Source of the DNA: a virus | Virus record (IMG/VR): IMGVR_UViG_3300032607_001425 | Coordinates: 38,120 to 102,119 of that record | Length of the DNA: 64,000 nucleotides | Direction: 5' to 3' (one strand) | In this document: piece by piece, positions 20,026-29,881 of the stretch | Layout: each line of letters opens with the position of its first letter | How positions within the stretch are numbered: position 1 is the first letter of the stretch | Notes under the pieces: generated by a model | Told to the model about the DNA's origin: nothing | The model's input: only the letters and a program-made list of their open reading frames with translations | Databases searched by the model: none | Position numbers and translations under genes: made by a program

Positions 20026-20215
20026 TGTTATCTGTTTTTATAATGTTATGCTTTTTGAATGCGTGAAGTCTTTACACAATACAACATATCATTTCCTATA
20101 TGTTCGTACTGTAAACCGTTGATCTCTATTGTTTCTCCGTGTTTCTTAGACGCTCTAATACTTTTTAGTATTAGAGATATGTCTTCACAATAAACTCTCT
20201 TTCCTCTCATAACTT

Positions 20216-20404
20216 TTATTTTGTAAGTTTAATTGGGAAGGTTGAAATCATTATTATAAGTATTGCTTCTACAATAGATATACTACCACGTTGATCAATG
20301 GTCCACTCAGTTGCGTCGAGGTTACCTATTGCGAACGCCATTAGTAAATACCCTAATAAAAATCCGATTGCTGCTAGTAAGCTTCTTGCTATTATTTCTT
20401 TCAT
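20216..20404 (-). CDS. Small membrane protein
   Basis: Two hydrophobic helices. Confidence 0.5.
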   Translation of the reverse strand: MKEIIARSLLAAIGFLLGYLLMAFAIGNLDATEWTIDQRGSISIVEAILIIMISTFPIKLTK

Positions 20405-20418
20405 AACCTTTATTTATT

Positions 20419-20565
20419 TTAAATTAGTATTTTCTTTTTAAAAAGGTAAAGTAGGCTGTTGGTCTTATCTATAACAACGGATACTAATTCCCAACCATGT
20501 TGACCAGCATTATTAAGTTGTTCTCTTGTTACATCCCATTGCTTTAGGTATTCCCATTTTTCCAT
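20419..20565 (-). CDS. DUF4177-like small protein (48 aa, not in ORF track)
   Basis: MEKWEYLK...LNNAGQHGWELVSV...YLFKR. Confidence 0.6.
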   Translation of the reverse strand: MEKWEYLKQWDVTREQLNNAGQHGWELVSVVIDKTNSLLYLFKKKILI

Positions 20566-20638
20566 AACTTTTATTTGTTTTAAATTTCTAATAATTAAAT
20601 ATACGAAAAAAAGCTTGCCGAAGCAAGCCTTTTGCCAA

Positions 20639-21337
20639 TTATTTTTTAGAATATTTCCAGATAAATCCTCCTGCAGTTTTTACCTTACCTTTTATACAGG
20701 TCGAGATGTTCCCTTTATCTATTCCTAGATCTTCACTGGCTTCTCTTCCTGAAGACCATTCTCTGATGAATCTTCCATCTCTATTGTATTGATTGATAGC
20801 TTTTTTGTTTTTCTCTGCTATTAGCTTATAATCTGTATTTTCTACCTTTATTATAAAGTTGGTATTTTTAATCCTTGCTGCTTCATCTCTACTAGCTGCT
20901 GATTTATTTCTGTTTCCTTTTCCTTCCTCGGTCATATTATAGACCCTTAGAGTCTCTGCTATTTGGGACTTTACCTCAACCCCCTTGGAAGTACTGTAGA
21001 GAAGCTTCTTAGCTGCTTTTATTTTATCCACTGTATTTTGGGAATGTACAGTCTTAGCTTCCTGCGTACTCTGTAACTTACAGTTTAATCCATTTTCAGA
21101 TAGAACATCGTAATATTCTTGCCAGTGTCTCTCACGAATGTTTAGTTCCTCTACCTTACACTGTTCTACTATTTCAAAGATATGCTCAGGGAAACCGTAT
21201 TTTACTAGTGAGGCATAAAGTCTTATCTGATTCTTGCATCCTTTTCTAGCGTAAATTTTCTGCCTTGTTTCCAAGTCAGTACTCTGCCCAATATATACTC
21301 TTCCCGTTGGACTTATAATTTTATAAATTCCTATCAT
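20639..21337 (-). CDS. GIY-YIG homing endonuclease with NUMOD1 C-terminus
   Basis: GIYKI...VYIGQS; C-terminal INQY..DG.FIREW...AGGFIWKY. Confidence 0.9.
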   Translation of the reverse strand: MIGIYKIISPTGRVYIGQSTDLETRQKIYARKGCKNQIRLYASLVKYGFPEHIFEIVEQCKVEELNIRERHWQEYYDVLSENGLNCKLQSTQEAKTVHSQNTVDKIKAAKKLLYSTSKGVEVKSQIAETLRVYNMTEEGKGNRNKSAASRDEAARIKNTNFIIKVENTDYKLIAEKNKKAINQYNRDGRFIREWSSGREASEDLGIDKGNISTCIKGKVKTAGGFIWKYSKK

Positions 21338-21447
21338 ATTAAATAAAAAAAGGAGAAATTAAAAATATAGTACCTGACCGTACTAAATCTTTAAAATCTC
21401 CATATGCTCTTGTAGGTCGGTCAGTACCCTTTATTTAATATAAATAG
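21338..21447 (-). ncRNA. Endonuclease leader RNA family B, copy 1
   Basis: GGAGA...TCTCC-closed stem with apical TAGTAC/GTACTA; complementary CTGACCG/CGGTCAG; U tract before the ATG. Confidence 0.72.
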
Positions 21448-21476
21448 CAACTTTTTATAAAAACCGCTAGTTTTTA

Positions 21477-22622
21477 CTAGTGGCTGTCGCCATAATCGTG
21501 CTTCTCCGATGCAATTAAATATTCAGGGTTTATTACTTTTGCTACCTTTTTACGATCTCCAGATATGTGCTTTATGACTATTCCCTCGTGAGGAGTTTTT
21601 GTCCTTTCAATGAAGTTGTTGAATACAAAACTGTCTTGGATTTCTTGGTTCCATTTACCTGCATATAGAACTTCTACATGAGGTAATCCTAATAGCTCAT
21701 CTATTTCATATTGAGCAGAATCTGTTGGAAAGTATTCATTATCCATTTTTAAATCAAATCCTGTAAATCTAATATCCTCTAACCCATAGGTGTAGTTCTT
21801 TTGAATTCCTGCTCCATAAATTTCTCCATAAAGAATTAGTCCATCACCAACATAGTCACTTCCATAGATGTAGCATAGGTTCCAAAGCCTTGCTTTGATT
21901 TGATACTTTCCAGCAATTGTTCTCCAAACATCAGTTGAGTAGAATCCTTGAGAATCACTCCCTTTTTCTACATTATGAGATCCGTAGACATACTCGTAAT
22001 CAATCCACTCATCAGTAATTCTTAGGAATTTTTTTACTTTATCCCAAAATGATAATTTAGATTTTTTAACTATTCCGTATCGTGCGTTAGTCCCATGAAT
22101 CTTTCTAGTGATTTGAACTTCATCTTCTTGCGTAAACATTCCGTCAACGTTTTTAAGGTTTGGGAATCTGTAGTAGATGTGGAAGTTTTGATTATCTTGG
22201 TACTTAATCTTTCTACCTGAGGCAAGTTGAATTTGTTTAACTGGTGGTTCGTATTTGGTAATGTTTAGGTGAGACATACAATCTCTCCCCTCAATTACTA
22301 AATCATAGTCACCCATTGATACTTTACCTTTAAGATAGCTTATTGGAATGATTAAGCATTCAGAATAAACTCCTCTTAATTTTACAGTCCTTACTCTATT
22401 GCCTTTTCTTAGGTAAGAAGTAACTCCCATCTGTTCAGATAATTTTTCTGGTATAACTGCATCGGTAGTTGCAATAACTGCTAACCCATCTACTTGAAAT
22501 TCTCCTTTTTTAGTAATAGCATTCCATCCACCTGCAATCACAAGTTCGATGTTATCTGCTCCTTCAATGGCTCTTACTTCGTTTATTTTTGCTATAAAAC
22601 AGCAGCTGTTATTATTTTCCAT
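21477..22622 (-). CDS. RNA ligase (Rnl2/DRB0094 family)
   Basis: N-terminal OB domain (IEGADNIE...LRGVYSE), motif I KIHGTN, YGEIYG..IQ, FDL, EGIV, K.INPEYL. Confidence 0.9.
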   Translation of the reverse strand: MENNNSCCFIAKINEVRAIEGADNIELVIAGGWNAITKKGEFQVDGLAVIATTDAVIPEKLSEQMGVTSYLRKGNRVRTVKLRGVYSECLIIPISYLKGKVSMGDYDLVIEGRDCMSHLNITKYEPPVKQIQLASGRKIKYQDNQNFHIYYRFPNLKNVDGMFTQEDEVQITRKIHGTNARYGIVKKSKLSFWDKVKKFLRITDEWIDYEYVYGSHNVEKGSDSQGFYSTDVWRTIAGKYQIKARLWNLCYIYGSDYVGDGLILYGEIYGAGIQKNYTYGLEDIRFTGFDLKMDNEYFPTDSAQYEIDELLGLPHVEVLYAGKWNQEIQDSFVFNNFIERTKTPHEGIVIKHISGDRKKVAKVINPEYLIASEKHDYGDSH

Positions 22623-22866
22623 TTTTATGTTCTTGTATTAAATTTTTTATTCCTTCTTTTTTCTCATCATTGAAAACATCTTCGAGTTTAATTTCTTTTT
22701 CTGCAAAATACATAAACTCTAAACATTTGTAAACACTCATTCCACTTTTACAACAATCTTCAATATAGTCTTTATACTTTTCAAAATCCTCATCAGTGTA
22801 CTTGTAATTATCTTCTGTACGTCTGTCTTTTAGTCTTTGTAAATAATTTTCAAATGTTTCTTTCAT
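22612..22866 (-). CDS. Hypothetical protein
   Basis: Coupled ORF. Confidence 0.55.
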   Translation of the reverse strand: MKETFENYLQRLKDRRTEDNYKYTDEDFEKYKDYIEDCCKSGMSVYKCLEFMYFAEKEIKLEDVFNDEKKEGIKNLIQEHKNGK

Positions 22867-23264
22867 AACAATATTCCGAATCTTTTTTTCATAGTTTCTA
22901 ATTTATCTTGTGGTACTCCATGCTCGTTTACTCCTCCGTGTCTATTTTCTACAATTAACGAGTAGACTCTATATCCGTATTTTTCTGCTAGATCATAGTA
23001 TGGTTGCATTTCCCATTCTTGAGTGAATGTGTTTGACACTGTTATTCTTTCGTATTGTGCTTTAATTAAAGATGAAACTTCTTCTTGACACCAAGCATGT
23101 GCTTCTTTTAATTGGGAAGGATCAAACTTATAGTCTCCATTCTTATCTATAAAGTACATATCAGCTTCTCTATAATAATGTTCTTTGTAATTTGTCATTA
23201 ATGACTTTGCTAATGTTGATTTACCTGATCCAGGTAATCCTCGTAAAAGAAACAATTCCTTCAT
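22863..23264 (-). CDS. Polynucleotide kinase-like P-loop protein (AAA_33)
   Basis: LLRGLPGSGKST, EADMYF, AHAWCQ, VSNTF, HGVP. Confidence 0.85.
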   Translation of the reverse strand: MKELFLLRGLPGSGKSTLAKSLMTNYKEHYYREADMYFIDKNGDYKFDPSQLKEAHAWCQEEVSSLIKAQYERITVSNTFTQEWEMQPYYDLAEKYGYRVYSLIVENRHGGVNEHGVPQDKLETMKKRFGILL

Positions 23265-23464
23265 AACCTTATTTGTTTTTAAGTTCTTTTTCTTTTAAAG
23301 TATTCATATATTTTAATTCAATTGCTACTCTATCTATTGCAAAATAAATAAGTAAACCTACAGTTAGTATTGTAAAAATTAATAGTACCATCATAATCTT
23401 ATTTGTTTTTAAATTTATACTTAAATATACGAATAATATCTCAGTCTACCAAATTATTTTTAAT

Positions 23465-24106
23465 TTATTTTACATATTTCCAAATAAATCCTCCTGCCGT
23501 CTTATTACGACCAGTCAGACAATTAGATATACTATTCCTAGATATTCCTAATGATCTCTCAATATCTCCCAGTGAAGGCCAAACTTGTACAACCACGTTG
23601 TCAAGCGTTAGTTGTTTAACTGAAACCATTCGCTTTATTGATCGCTTTTTAATGCTCTCTGGGTTTTGCATGTGATCTGTGGAAGGTTTAAATCCAATTG
23701 CTTTTCTTGTGGCTACAATTTTTGCAGCATGCTCTTTTGTTTTGGGGACATTTTTAAATTGAATAGATACGGCTAAGGCGTGCCTCTCTTTTACCTCCTG
23801 GTACATCCTTGCTGTTACTTTATGCTTAGGTTTGCTTATATCTCCCATTGTTACAAAAAACCACAGTGCCTGTGATAATTTTAGTTCGGTTGGGAAAATC
23901 CTACATAAAAGTAAATGTGCTACAAAATGTTCTCGAGCTGTAAGTAGTACAACATTTGGATGAGTTTTCCACTAACGTTCCAAACCTTCTCCTCCCATAC
24001 ATTTTGGAATAATGTGATGAGCTTCAAAATAAAACTCTCTACTCTTAACTCTGTTTTCACTTTGAGCTCTCTCAATTAGTTGATTGTAAATTCTTTGGTA
24101 ATTCAT
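23465..24106 (-). pseudogene. HNH homing endonuclease interrupted by one in-frame TAG (23972-23974)
   Basis: MNYQRIYNQLIERA...EAHHIIPKCMGGEGLER*WKTHPNVVLLTAREHFVAH continues in frame to AGGFIWKY; paralog of 44009-44674. Confidence 0.85.
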
Positions 24107-24210
24107 AATAAAAAAAGCTATGGCTTTCGAGGTAGGAGACTCTACTTGCCTATAGCTTTAGTTGATATTTTATTTAGTATTTGTAGCTCCTACACTACAT
24201 ATATAAATAG
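24107..24210 (-). ncRNA. Endonuclease leader RNA family A, copy 3
   Basis: Same scaffold; loops GTAGGAG and CTCCTAC. Confidence 0.75.
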
Positions 24211-24237
24211 CAACTTTTTATGGAAAACACCGTTTAT

Positions 24238-24888
24238 TTACACTCTAGCCTCATGATGATCCCTAGGAAGTGATGATTTTCTAACAGGCCTATCTTTGAG
24301 AATTTTAAGTACTTCATCCATCGAAATTGGTTCCAGACCATTTCCATCACATCCTACATCCATTGCTCTTCCCTCCATAACTCTTAGGTGTGGTGGTAAG
24401 TGGACATGTCCAAACAGATGTATATTTTCATTGTTCATTCCGTCCCAACTAATGATAGGAAAATGCATGCAAACAAATGTAAAGCTCTCTGTTGTTGCTT
24501 TGTTGATTGGCCTTCTTACTTCAAGTCTTACGTATTGACTTACTGAAGAGAATAGTTTTTGTACTCCCTCTTTGTTCCTTTCGATATGGTGATCGTGATT
24601 TCCAAGTACCAGGTGAATGTTTTTACAAAGTATTCTATCTCTAAATTCTTGTATCTTTTCAAATCCTCCGAATGAAAAATCTCCTAAGTGGATTAAGATG
24701 TCATCTTCACCAACCATGCAGTTAATGTTGTTCACTAAAGTATCGTTCATATGATCAAGTGACTTAAACTCTCTTGTGAAGTTTGAAGCACCTTCCCATT
24801 TCGTAGTAGCACTACAAATGTTTGAGTGAGCGTAATGTGTGTCTGATGTGAAGAACAATTGTTGTCCTTTTTGTAATGTAATTCTCAT
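24238..24888 (-). CDS. Calcineurin-like phosphoesterase
   Basis: TSDTHY.H, HLGDF, GNHD, HFP, GHVH, DVGCDG. Confidence 0.9.
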   Translation of the reverse strand: MRITLQKGQQLFFTSDTHYAHSNICSATTKWEGASNFTREFKSLDHMNDTLVNNINCMVGEDDILIHLGDFSFGGFEKIQEFRDRILCKNIHLVLGNHDHHIERNKEGVQKLFSSVSQYVRLEVRRPINKATTESFTFVCMHFPIISWDGMNNENIHLFGHVHLPPHLRVMEGRAMDVGCDGNGLEPISMDEVLKILKDRPVRKSSLPRDHHEARV

Positions 24889-24954
24889 AACTTATTTTCT
24901 TATACTTAAATATACAAAAAAAGACTTGAATAGACAAGCCTTTTTGCAATTATT

Positions 24955-25920
24955 TTAAATAAATTTTGATATATGAAACTCAATTAATTGTTGAGCTTTA
25001 GAAACATCCTCAACCCTAAGTTGTAAATTATTATCAGCGACTTTAGATAAAGTATCTAAATCTACCAATGTTACTGTGGAGAGTTGTGTTACATCGTGAT
25101 CTACGTTAGCAGGTACTGATAGATCGAGTATTAATTTTGGGTTGTTATCGATATTGTTTTTGTTTAGTATAGGTGTTTCAGCATTTGTAGCTACTATTAC
25201 TATGTCAGATACAAATATGTTTGCTTTTAGAGTATTGTAATGTGCTTTACCAACATGAAGTTCTTTTGAAAGTAAATCACTTACCTCCTCTGTCCTATTC
25301 ATTAATGTAATTTTAGTACAGTGGAGATAGTCGATTAAATTTTTACAAGTGCTTCTTCCCATCTTGCCCATACCTACTATTAGTATATTTTTAGTACTTG
25401 CATCTGGAATATTCTTTTTTATGTATTCAATGGCTACTGATGATACTGAGACTATTCCTTTACTTAGGTTAGTATTATTTTTAACTTGTCTTGAGATGTG
25501 GATGACTTTGTTAGTTATTTTTTCTAACTTTCCTCCTAATTTTTGTGCTGTTTTAGATTTATTAATAGCACTTTTTAGTTGACCTATTATTTCATAGTCA
25601 CCAAGTATTTGTGAATCTAATCCACATGCTACTTGTGAAAGATGTCTCAAAGCATCTTCCCTACTTTTTATATAACATTGATCGATAAAGTCATCCTTTG
25701 TTCCTTCTGTCTCAGAACATAGTAGTTCAATTAAACTATCAATACTAGGTCCATACCCATATATCTCAGTCCTATTACAAGTTGATAGAATAAAGAAGTT
25801 TGATAAGTTATTTGTAAGAAGTTTTTTGTACTTACTATCTGAGATAGAATATTTACCTCTTGTTAGTACATTTGATTTTTTATAATTAATTCCGCAAACA
25901 TGAAAATTACTTAACTCCAT
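24955..25920 (-). CDS. hemA: Glutamyl-tRNA reductase (C-terminally shortened)
   Basis: LSTCNRTEIY catalytic motif, GLDSQILGDYEIIGQLK, Rossmann GMGKMG, LDLSVPANVD. Confidence 0.93.
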   Translation of the reverse strand: MELSNFHVCGINYKKSNVLTRGKYSISDSKYKKLLTNNLSNFFILSTCNRTEIYGYGPSIDSLIELLCSETEGTKDDFIDQCYIKSREDALRHLSQVACGLDSQILGDYEIIGQLKSAINKSKTAQKLGGKLEKITNKVIHISRQVKNNTNLSKGIVSVSSVAIEYIKKNIPDASTKNILIVGMGKMGRSTCKNLIDYLHCTKITLMNRTEEVSDLLSKELHVGKAHYNTLKANIFVSDIVIVATNAETPILNKNNIDNNPKLILDLSVPANVDHDVTQLSTVTLVDLDTLSKVADNNLQLRVEDVSKAQQLIEFHISKFI

Positions 25921-25938
25921 TTATGTTAATTTATAACT

Positions 25939-26583
25939 CTAGATCATAAGTTTGGGAAATAATACGTTAGTCATAAAATGTCTTGCTCGATCTTCCCCTA
26001 TCTTAGCTTTTAGCGCACTAAAAGTTCTTTCGTTTTTTGATTGATATTCACAATACTCGTTCTGCTTTATAAATATCTGTTGGAGTTGTTCTTGATCGGT
26101 TGTTTTATGTGCTTGACTATTTAGCTGGTCAAGGTATGTTTCAAATATATCAAATGCTAATTCAAATAACTTATCATGCTCTTCTGGTGTAGGTTTAACT
26201 GCTATAAATTGTTTTGAAAATATAGTAGCCCATACTGGAAGTTTTCTATCTGAATTCCATGTAGTAGTATGAAAATCTTGTTCAAATCCAATTGGAGATA
26301 GATCTAAAAATGCTCCACTTATTTGTTGACTCTTTTCAGAACATACTACATCAAATCCGAAAACTGGGGAGGCATCATTGCTATATGGGAAGCATGTTAT
26401 GTGGAGTACGAGTAAATTATCTTGAAAATACCTTTCAACATGAGCTAATCTAAAGTTTTTAGACTCGTACCTATAGTTTTCCCATCCAAACTCTTCTGTT
26501 TCCAGAAGAGCAGATTGGGGTTGATTTTCAATTAATTGTTTGAATTTTTCACTATGGTGAATAAGTTTACTGCGTAAGTCCAT
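25939..26583 (-). CDS. Ferredoxin-dependent bilin reductase (PcyA/PcyX-like)
   Basis: FRLAHVE, VLHITCFP, PVFGFDVV, LDLSP, LPVWATIFS, Q..YC..Q.KNERT, VLFP. Confidence 0.85.
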   Translation of the reverse strand: MDLRSKLIHHSEKFKQLIENQPQSALLETEEFGWENYRYESKNFRLAHVERYFQDNLLVLHITCFPYSNDASPVFGFDVVCSEKSQQISGAFLDLSPIGFEQDFHTTTWNSDRKLPVWATIFSKQFIAVKPTPEEHDKLFELAFDIFETYLDQLNSQAHKTTDQEQLQQIFIKQNEYCEYQSKNERTFSALKAKIGEDRARHFMTNVLFPKLMI

Positions 26584-27097
26584 CTTCTAATTGTGCTAGG
26601 ATTGCCATATTAAAATCTAAAGCTTTATTTGCTTCATCAGCCCATTCATCTTTTTGTACCGCTCTAACTGCACCCATTGCTTCTCTCATATCTTCAAAAT
26701 CATACATCTTTCCACTTCCTGGTACTCTTTCTTTCATGATCTGTCCTCCGAACATTATAGCTAAATAATTTAGATAAACATGTGGTAGACGTTCAATTTG
26801 GTTTAATGTGTTTAAATACGTTGTGTACTGCTCAGTTGCTGGAAGTATTGCTAGTGGTCCTTCATATGCACCCTGTATATCTGATATTTCACTAATATCT
26901 GCAAATACTGCTTCTGTACGTTGTAAAGAAGGGTGTGGTAATGGAAGTGATTCTATTGTTTGAAAAATTGGAAGTAATTGGTATAGGTACGTTAAGTACT
27001 CTTGGTTGGTAAGTTCTCCTTTAGCCATTTTTTGATTGAAAGGCATTTTTTCTGCTTGAGAATGTTTTTGTTGAATTGCTTCTTTTAATGGTAACAT
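26567..27097 (-). CDS. hemO: Heme oxygenase
   Basis: Start reassigned to MLPLKEAIQQKHSQAE (proximal His); HVYLNYLAIMFGGQ distal helix; EANKALDFN. Confidence 0.88.
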   Translation of the reverse strand: MLPLKEAIQQKHSQAEKMPFNQKMAKGELTNQEYLTYLYQLLPIFQTIESLPLPHPSLQRTEAVFADISEISDIQGAYEGPLAILPATEQYTTYLNTLNQIERLPHVYLNYLAIMFGGQIMKERVPGSGKMYDFEDMREAMGAVRAVQKDEWADEANKALDFNMAILAQLEDGLTQ

Positions 27098-27171
27098 ATT
27101 TGTGTTTTTAAAATTTATACTTATAATATACAAAAAAAGACTTGAATAAACAAGTCTTTCTGTAATTATTT

Positions 27172-27969
27172 TTAAAAAAATTTCCAAATAAATCCTCCTG
27201 CAGATTTTTTCTTCTCTAAAGCACACTGTGATATGTTACTTCCATCTACTTTTAAAGTGCTACTTGCTAATGATATTGAAGTCCATTTTTTAATAAACTC
27301 CCCCTCTAAAGAGTGTTGAAGTATTATTTTTGTATTGTAACCTCTTTCCCTTCTAGTAGCAGTCCGTTTTTGAAGGGATTCCTTAGAGTGTACTACTCCT
27401 TTTTTAGCTTTAGAGATATTACTTCTGTGTTCCTGGGTTATTGTTTTTCCTTTTTTAGCTTTTGATAGCTTGCTTCTGTGATCTTGAGTATGCTTCTTTC
27501 CTTTATTTGCTTTAGATATCTTAGTTGCATGTTCTTGTGTATGTTTTTTTCCACTATTAGCTTTAGACAATTTATCTTTAGTTTTTTGAGAGACTACTCT
27601 TCCTTTGCTAGATTTGGATATCTTCTCCTTTGTCTCATCTGAGTGTGTGTGGGGTATGCCCTCTGTACTAAAGCCTGTACTAGTTGCTTTACACTTATTA
27701 TAGAAATTGGCATTAACCCCTACATTAAACTTATTGTGTAGTTTAATTTCAAGTAGCATAGCCTCCTCTCTTGTATCAAATACGGAGACTATTTTTAATT
27801 TATAATTCTCAGGGTTATTCTTAAATAATTCTTTAAATTTTAAATTAGTAGAACTAGTAAAGTATTTTACTCCTAAATCATTCTCAGGACTGTCAGTAGA
27901 GCTTCTATACCCATAGTAGTGCTTGTTTTCTTGTATAGAGGTGACTCTGTATACGTAGTAGTATTTCAT
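27172..27969 (-). CDS. GIY-YIG endonuclease with tandem NUMOD3 repeats
   Basis: Start reassigned to MKYYYVY; YYG.R, repeated H(T/S).E...K(I/L)S.A.KG units, AGGFIWK. Confidence 0.88.
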   Translation of the reverse strand: MKYYYVYRVTSIQENKHYYGYRSSTDSPENDLGVKYFTSSTNLKFKELFKNNPENYKLKIVSVFDTREEAMLLEIKLHNKFNVGVNANFYNKCKATSTGFSTEGIPHTHSDETKEKISKSSKGRVVSQKTKDKLSKANSGKKHTQEHATKISKANKGKKHTQDHRSKLSKAKKGKTITQEHRSNISKAKKGVVHSKESLQKRTATRRERGYNTKIILQHSLEGEFIKKWTSISLASSTLKVDGSNISQCALEKKKSAGGFIWKFF

Positions 27970-28081
27970 AATAAATAAAAAAGGAGAAATTAAAATACAC
28001 CACATGCAACATGGTATTATTTTAAAATCTCCGTAATATTTTTATCGAGTAGTTGCATTACCCTTTCTTTATTATAAATAG
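27970..28081 (-). ncRNA. Endonuclease leader RNA family B, copy 2
   Basis: Same scaffold; complementary ATGCAAC/GTTGCAT. Confidence 0.72.
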
Positions 28082-28119
28082 CAACTTTTTATGGAAACAT
28101 GTACCTTTTTAGTAAAAAT

Positions 28120-28437
28120 GTTATCGGGAATAATAGTCATATAGACTAAATCAAAACCAAAATCAAAATCAAAGACCTTCTTCTTTTTAAAGACAAAGAC
28201 ACAGTCTAAGGCTCATTTTAATAGCTAGTTATCTTCCTCCATGAGGTTTAAGTAATCTATCTATACGTGAGTTCTATCTCAGTTTGTGATTTTTTAAGAA
28301 GAAGCGAGTTTACAAAGACCCGGAGGTCATTATGTCTGTAGTTGATTAGATATCAATTTATCATATATGTTTTTTAAAAACTACTCTTCCCGATACAAAG
28401 CTCTGAAGGATCAGCTTGTGCCTACCCCCTTAGCACC
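28120..28437 (-). ncRNA. Putative ~310-nt structured RNA downstream of the coiled-coil gene
   Basis: Long-range helices TATCGGGAA/TTCCCGATA, CATATA/TATATG and CTTCTTCTT/AAGAAGAAG; hexamer repeats GTCTTT/GATTTT; no ORF of 60 aa or more. Confidence 0.6.
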
Positions 28438-28440
28438 AAA

Positions 28441-29352
28441 TTATTTTAATTGATTCAAGAATTCATTCACTACATCCTGGAATCTCTCTGCTACTTCAAT
28501 TTTTAAATTGACAGCTTCTTGAATTCTACCTTGACGTGCTTCTTCAAACTCGTGTTGAGCTTTACGTTCTTCTCCAACCCACTTATCATACGCTAGTTTG
28601 TAAGTATTTGCAGCTTCCGAGTTTCTCTCATTCACGCTTGCTTGAATAGTACCTCTCTCTTTCTGAATTTTAGCATTCTCAGTAGTGACAGCATTTTTTA
28701 CTTTGGATTTAAAGTAATTTACTTTTTGCTCATACCCCCTATGCAAAGCTGCTAACTCTTCGTGAATTGTAAGTAAATAGGCAGGTGTGTGGTGAATTTC
28801 CACCTTAAGAGGTGTTTTTTTACCTACTTCAATCTCCATAAACTCTAAAGTTTTGATGGTAGGGAGTTCTGCTCTCAATCTATCCAATTTACCTCCCTTA
28901 TGGATAAACTGCCCAATATGAGATGCATAAGCCTCTGCTTCTAGGTATTCGTTATATTCAGCTGTAGATAAGGTATCCCAACCAAATTCTTCTCCTATTT
29001 CTGTAGGAATTGTTTCTGAAATAAGTTTTGGTCTCTCGGGAGATTCAATTTCATAATTGAATGATTCACGTTTGATTTTATTAATCAATTCGTCCTTAGC
29101 CTTGATGTTCTCCATCAAGAAGGCTTGAGTGGCAGATAATCTTGCTTTTGCTTGTAGCAACTGTACTACGTTTGCAGGGATTGGGTTCCCTTGAGTTTCA
29201 ATATAAGTCTCAGTTCCAATAGTTAATTCTTTTGAAACGTTGTTGATATCAGCCAATTGTGCTGTAATATCTTTTGAACGTTGATTACAAAGGTTTGAGA
29301 TTGATTGTGCTTGGGACATTGATAATCCTTTTGATGCTAATGAATTTTTCAT
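28441..29352 (-). CDS. Coiled-coil protein of unknown function
   Basis: 303-aa helical ORF with its own promoter motif. Confidence 0.75.
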   Translation of the reverse strand: MKNSLASKGLSMSQAQSISNLCNQRSKDITAQLADINNVSKELTIGTETYIETQGNPIPANVVQLLQAKARLSATQAFLMENIKAKDELINKIKRESFNYEIESPERPKLISETIPTEIGEEFGWDTLSTAEYNEYLEAEAYASHIGQFIHKGGKLDRLRAELPTIKTLEFMEIEVGKKTPLKVEIHHTPAYLLTIHEELAALHRGYEQKVNYFKSKVKNAVTTENAKIQKERGTIQASVNERNSEAANTYKLAYDKWVGEERKAQHEFEEARQGRIQEAVNLKIEVAERFQDVVNEFLNQLK

Positions 29353-29420
29353 AACTATGATTTTTATTATTTATTTCTTACTTAAATATACGAACAATAT
29401 TTTAGATATCCAACTTTTTT

Positions 29421-29876
29421 TTAATTTATTTTTAAAGTAAGTATGATATAATCTGCCCAACCCATTGCATGTCCTACTCTGTAGAAGTCATCTTCTGGGA
29501 AGTAATGTGATAAATCTGTATCCCATAACTGATCGTACAATCCTTCTTTAAATGTATCCATATCTGTTGGATAGACTTTAGGTACTAAACATTCTAATTT
29601 TTGTGAGAGGTACTTTGTGGCAAGTTCTTCATTTAGTGCTTTAAAGATTTCAAATGCTTCTGTGCTATTACCATCACCACCATAGTATTTGTAGGTTTTT
29701 GTTAAAGCTTCCTCAACTAGTCTATGCCTTTCTGCATCTTCTTCGGATACTGGTACTTCAGTATGGGTTTTTAGTGAATCTGTAGAAAGTACTGGGAGAT
29801 ATCTTCTAGTAATATACTCTCCAACATACATTCCTAATTGGTAATTTAAGTCTTTTACATCAGGATCTCTTCTCAT
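29421..29876 (-). CDS. Hypothetical protein
   Basis: ORF. Confidence 0.6.
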   Translation of the reverse strand: MRRDPDVKDLNYQLGMYVGEYITRRYLPVLSTDSLKTHTEVPVSEEDAERHRLVEEALTKTYKYYGGDGNSTEAFEIFKALNEELATKYLSQKLECLVPKVYPTDMDTFKEGLYDQLWDTDLSHYFPEDDFYRVGHAMGWADYIILTLKIN

Positions 29877-29881
29877 AACTT

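Noticed and set aside
28140-28210. CRISPR array or simple microsatellite
   Set aside because: The repeats are degenerate 6-mers with no spacers, embedded in a larger fold. No repeat-spacer array was seen anywhere in the window.
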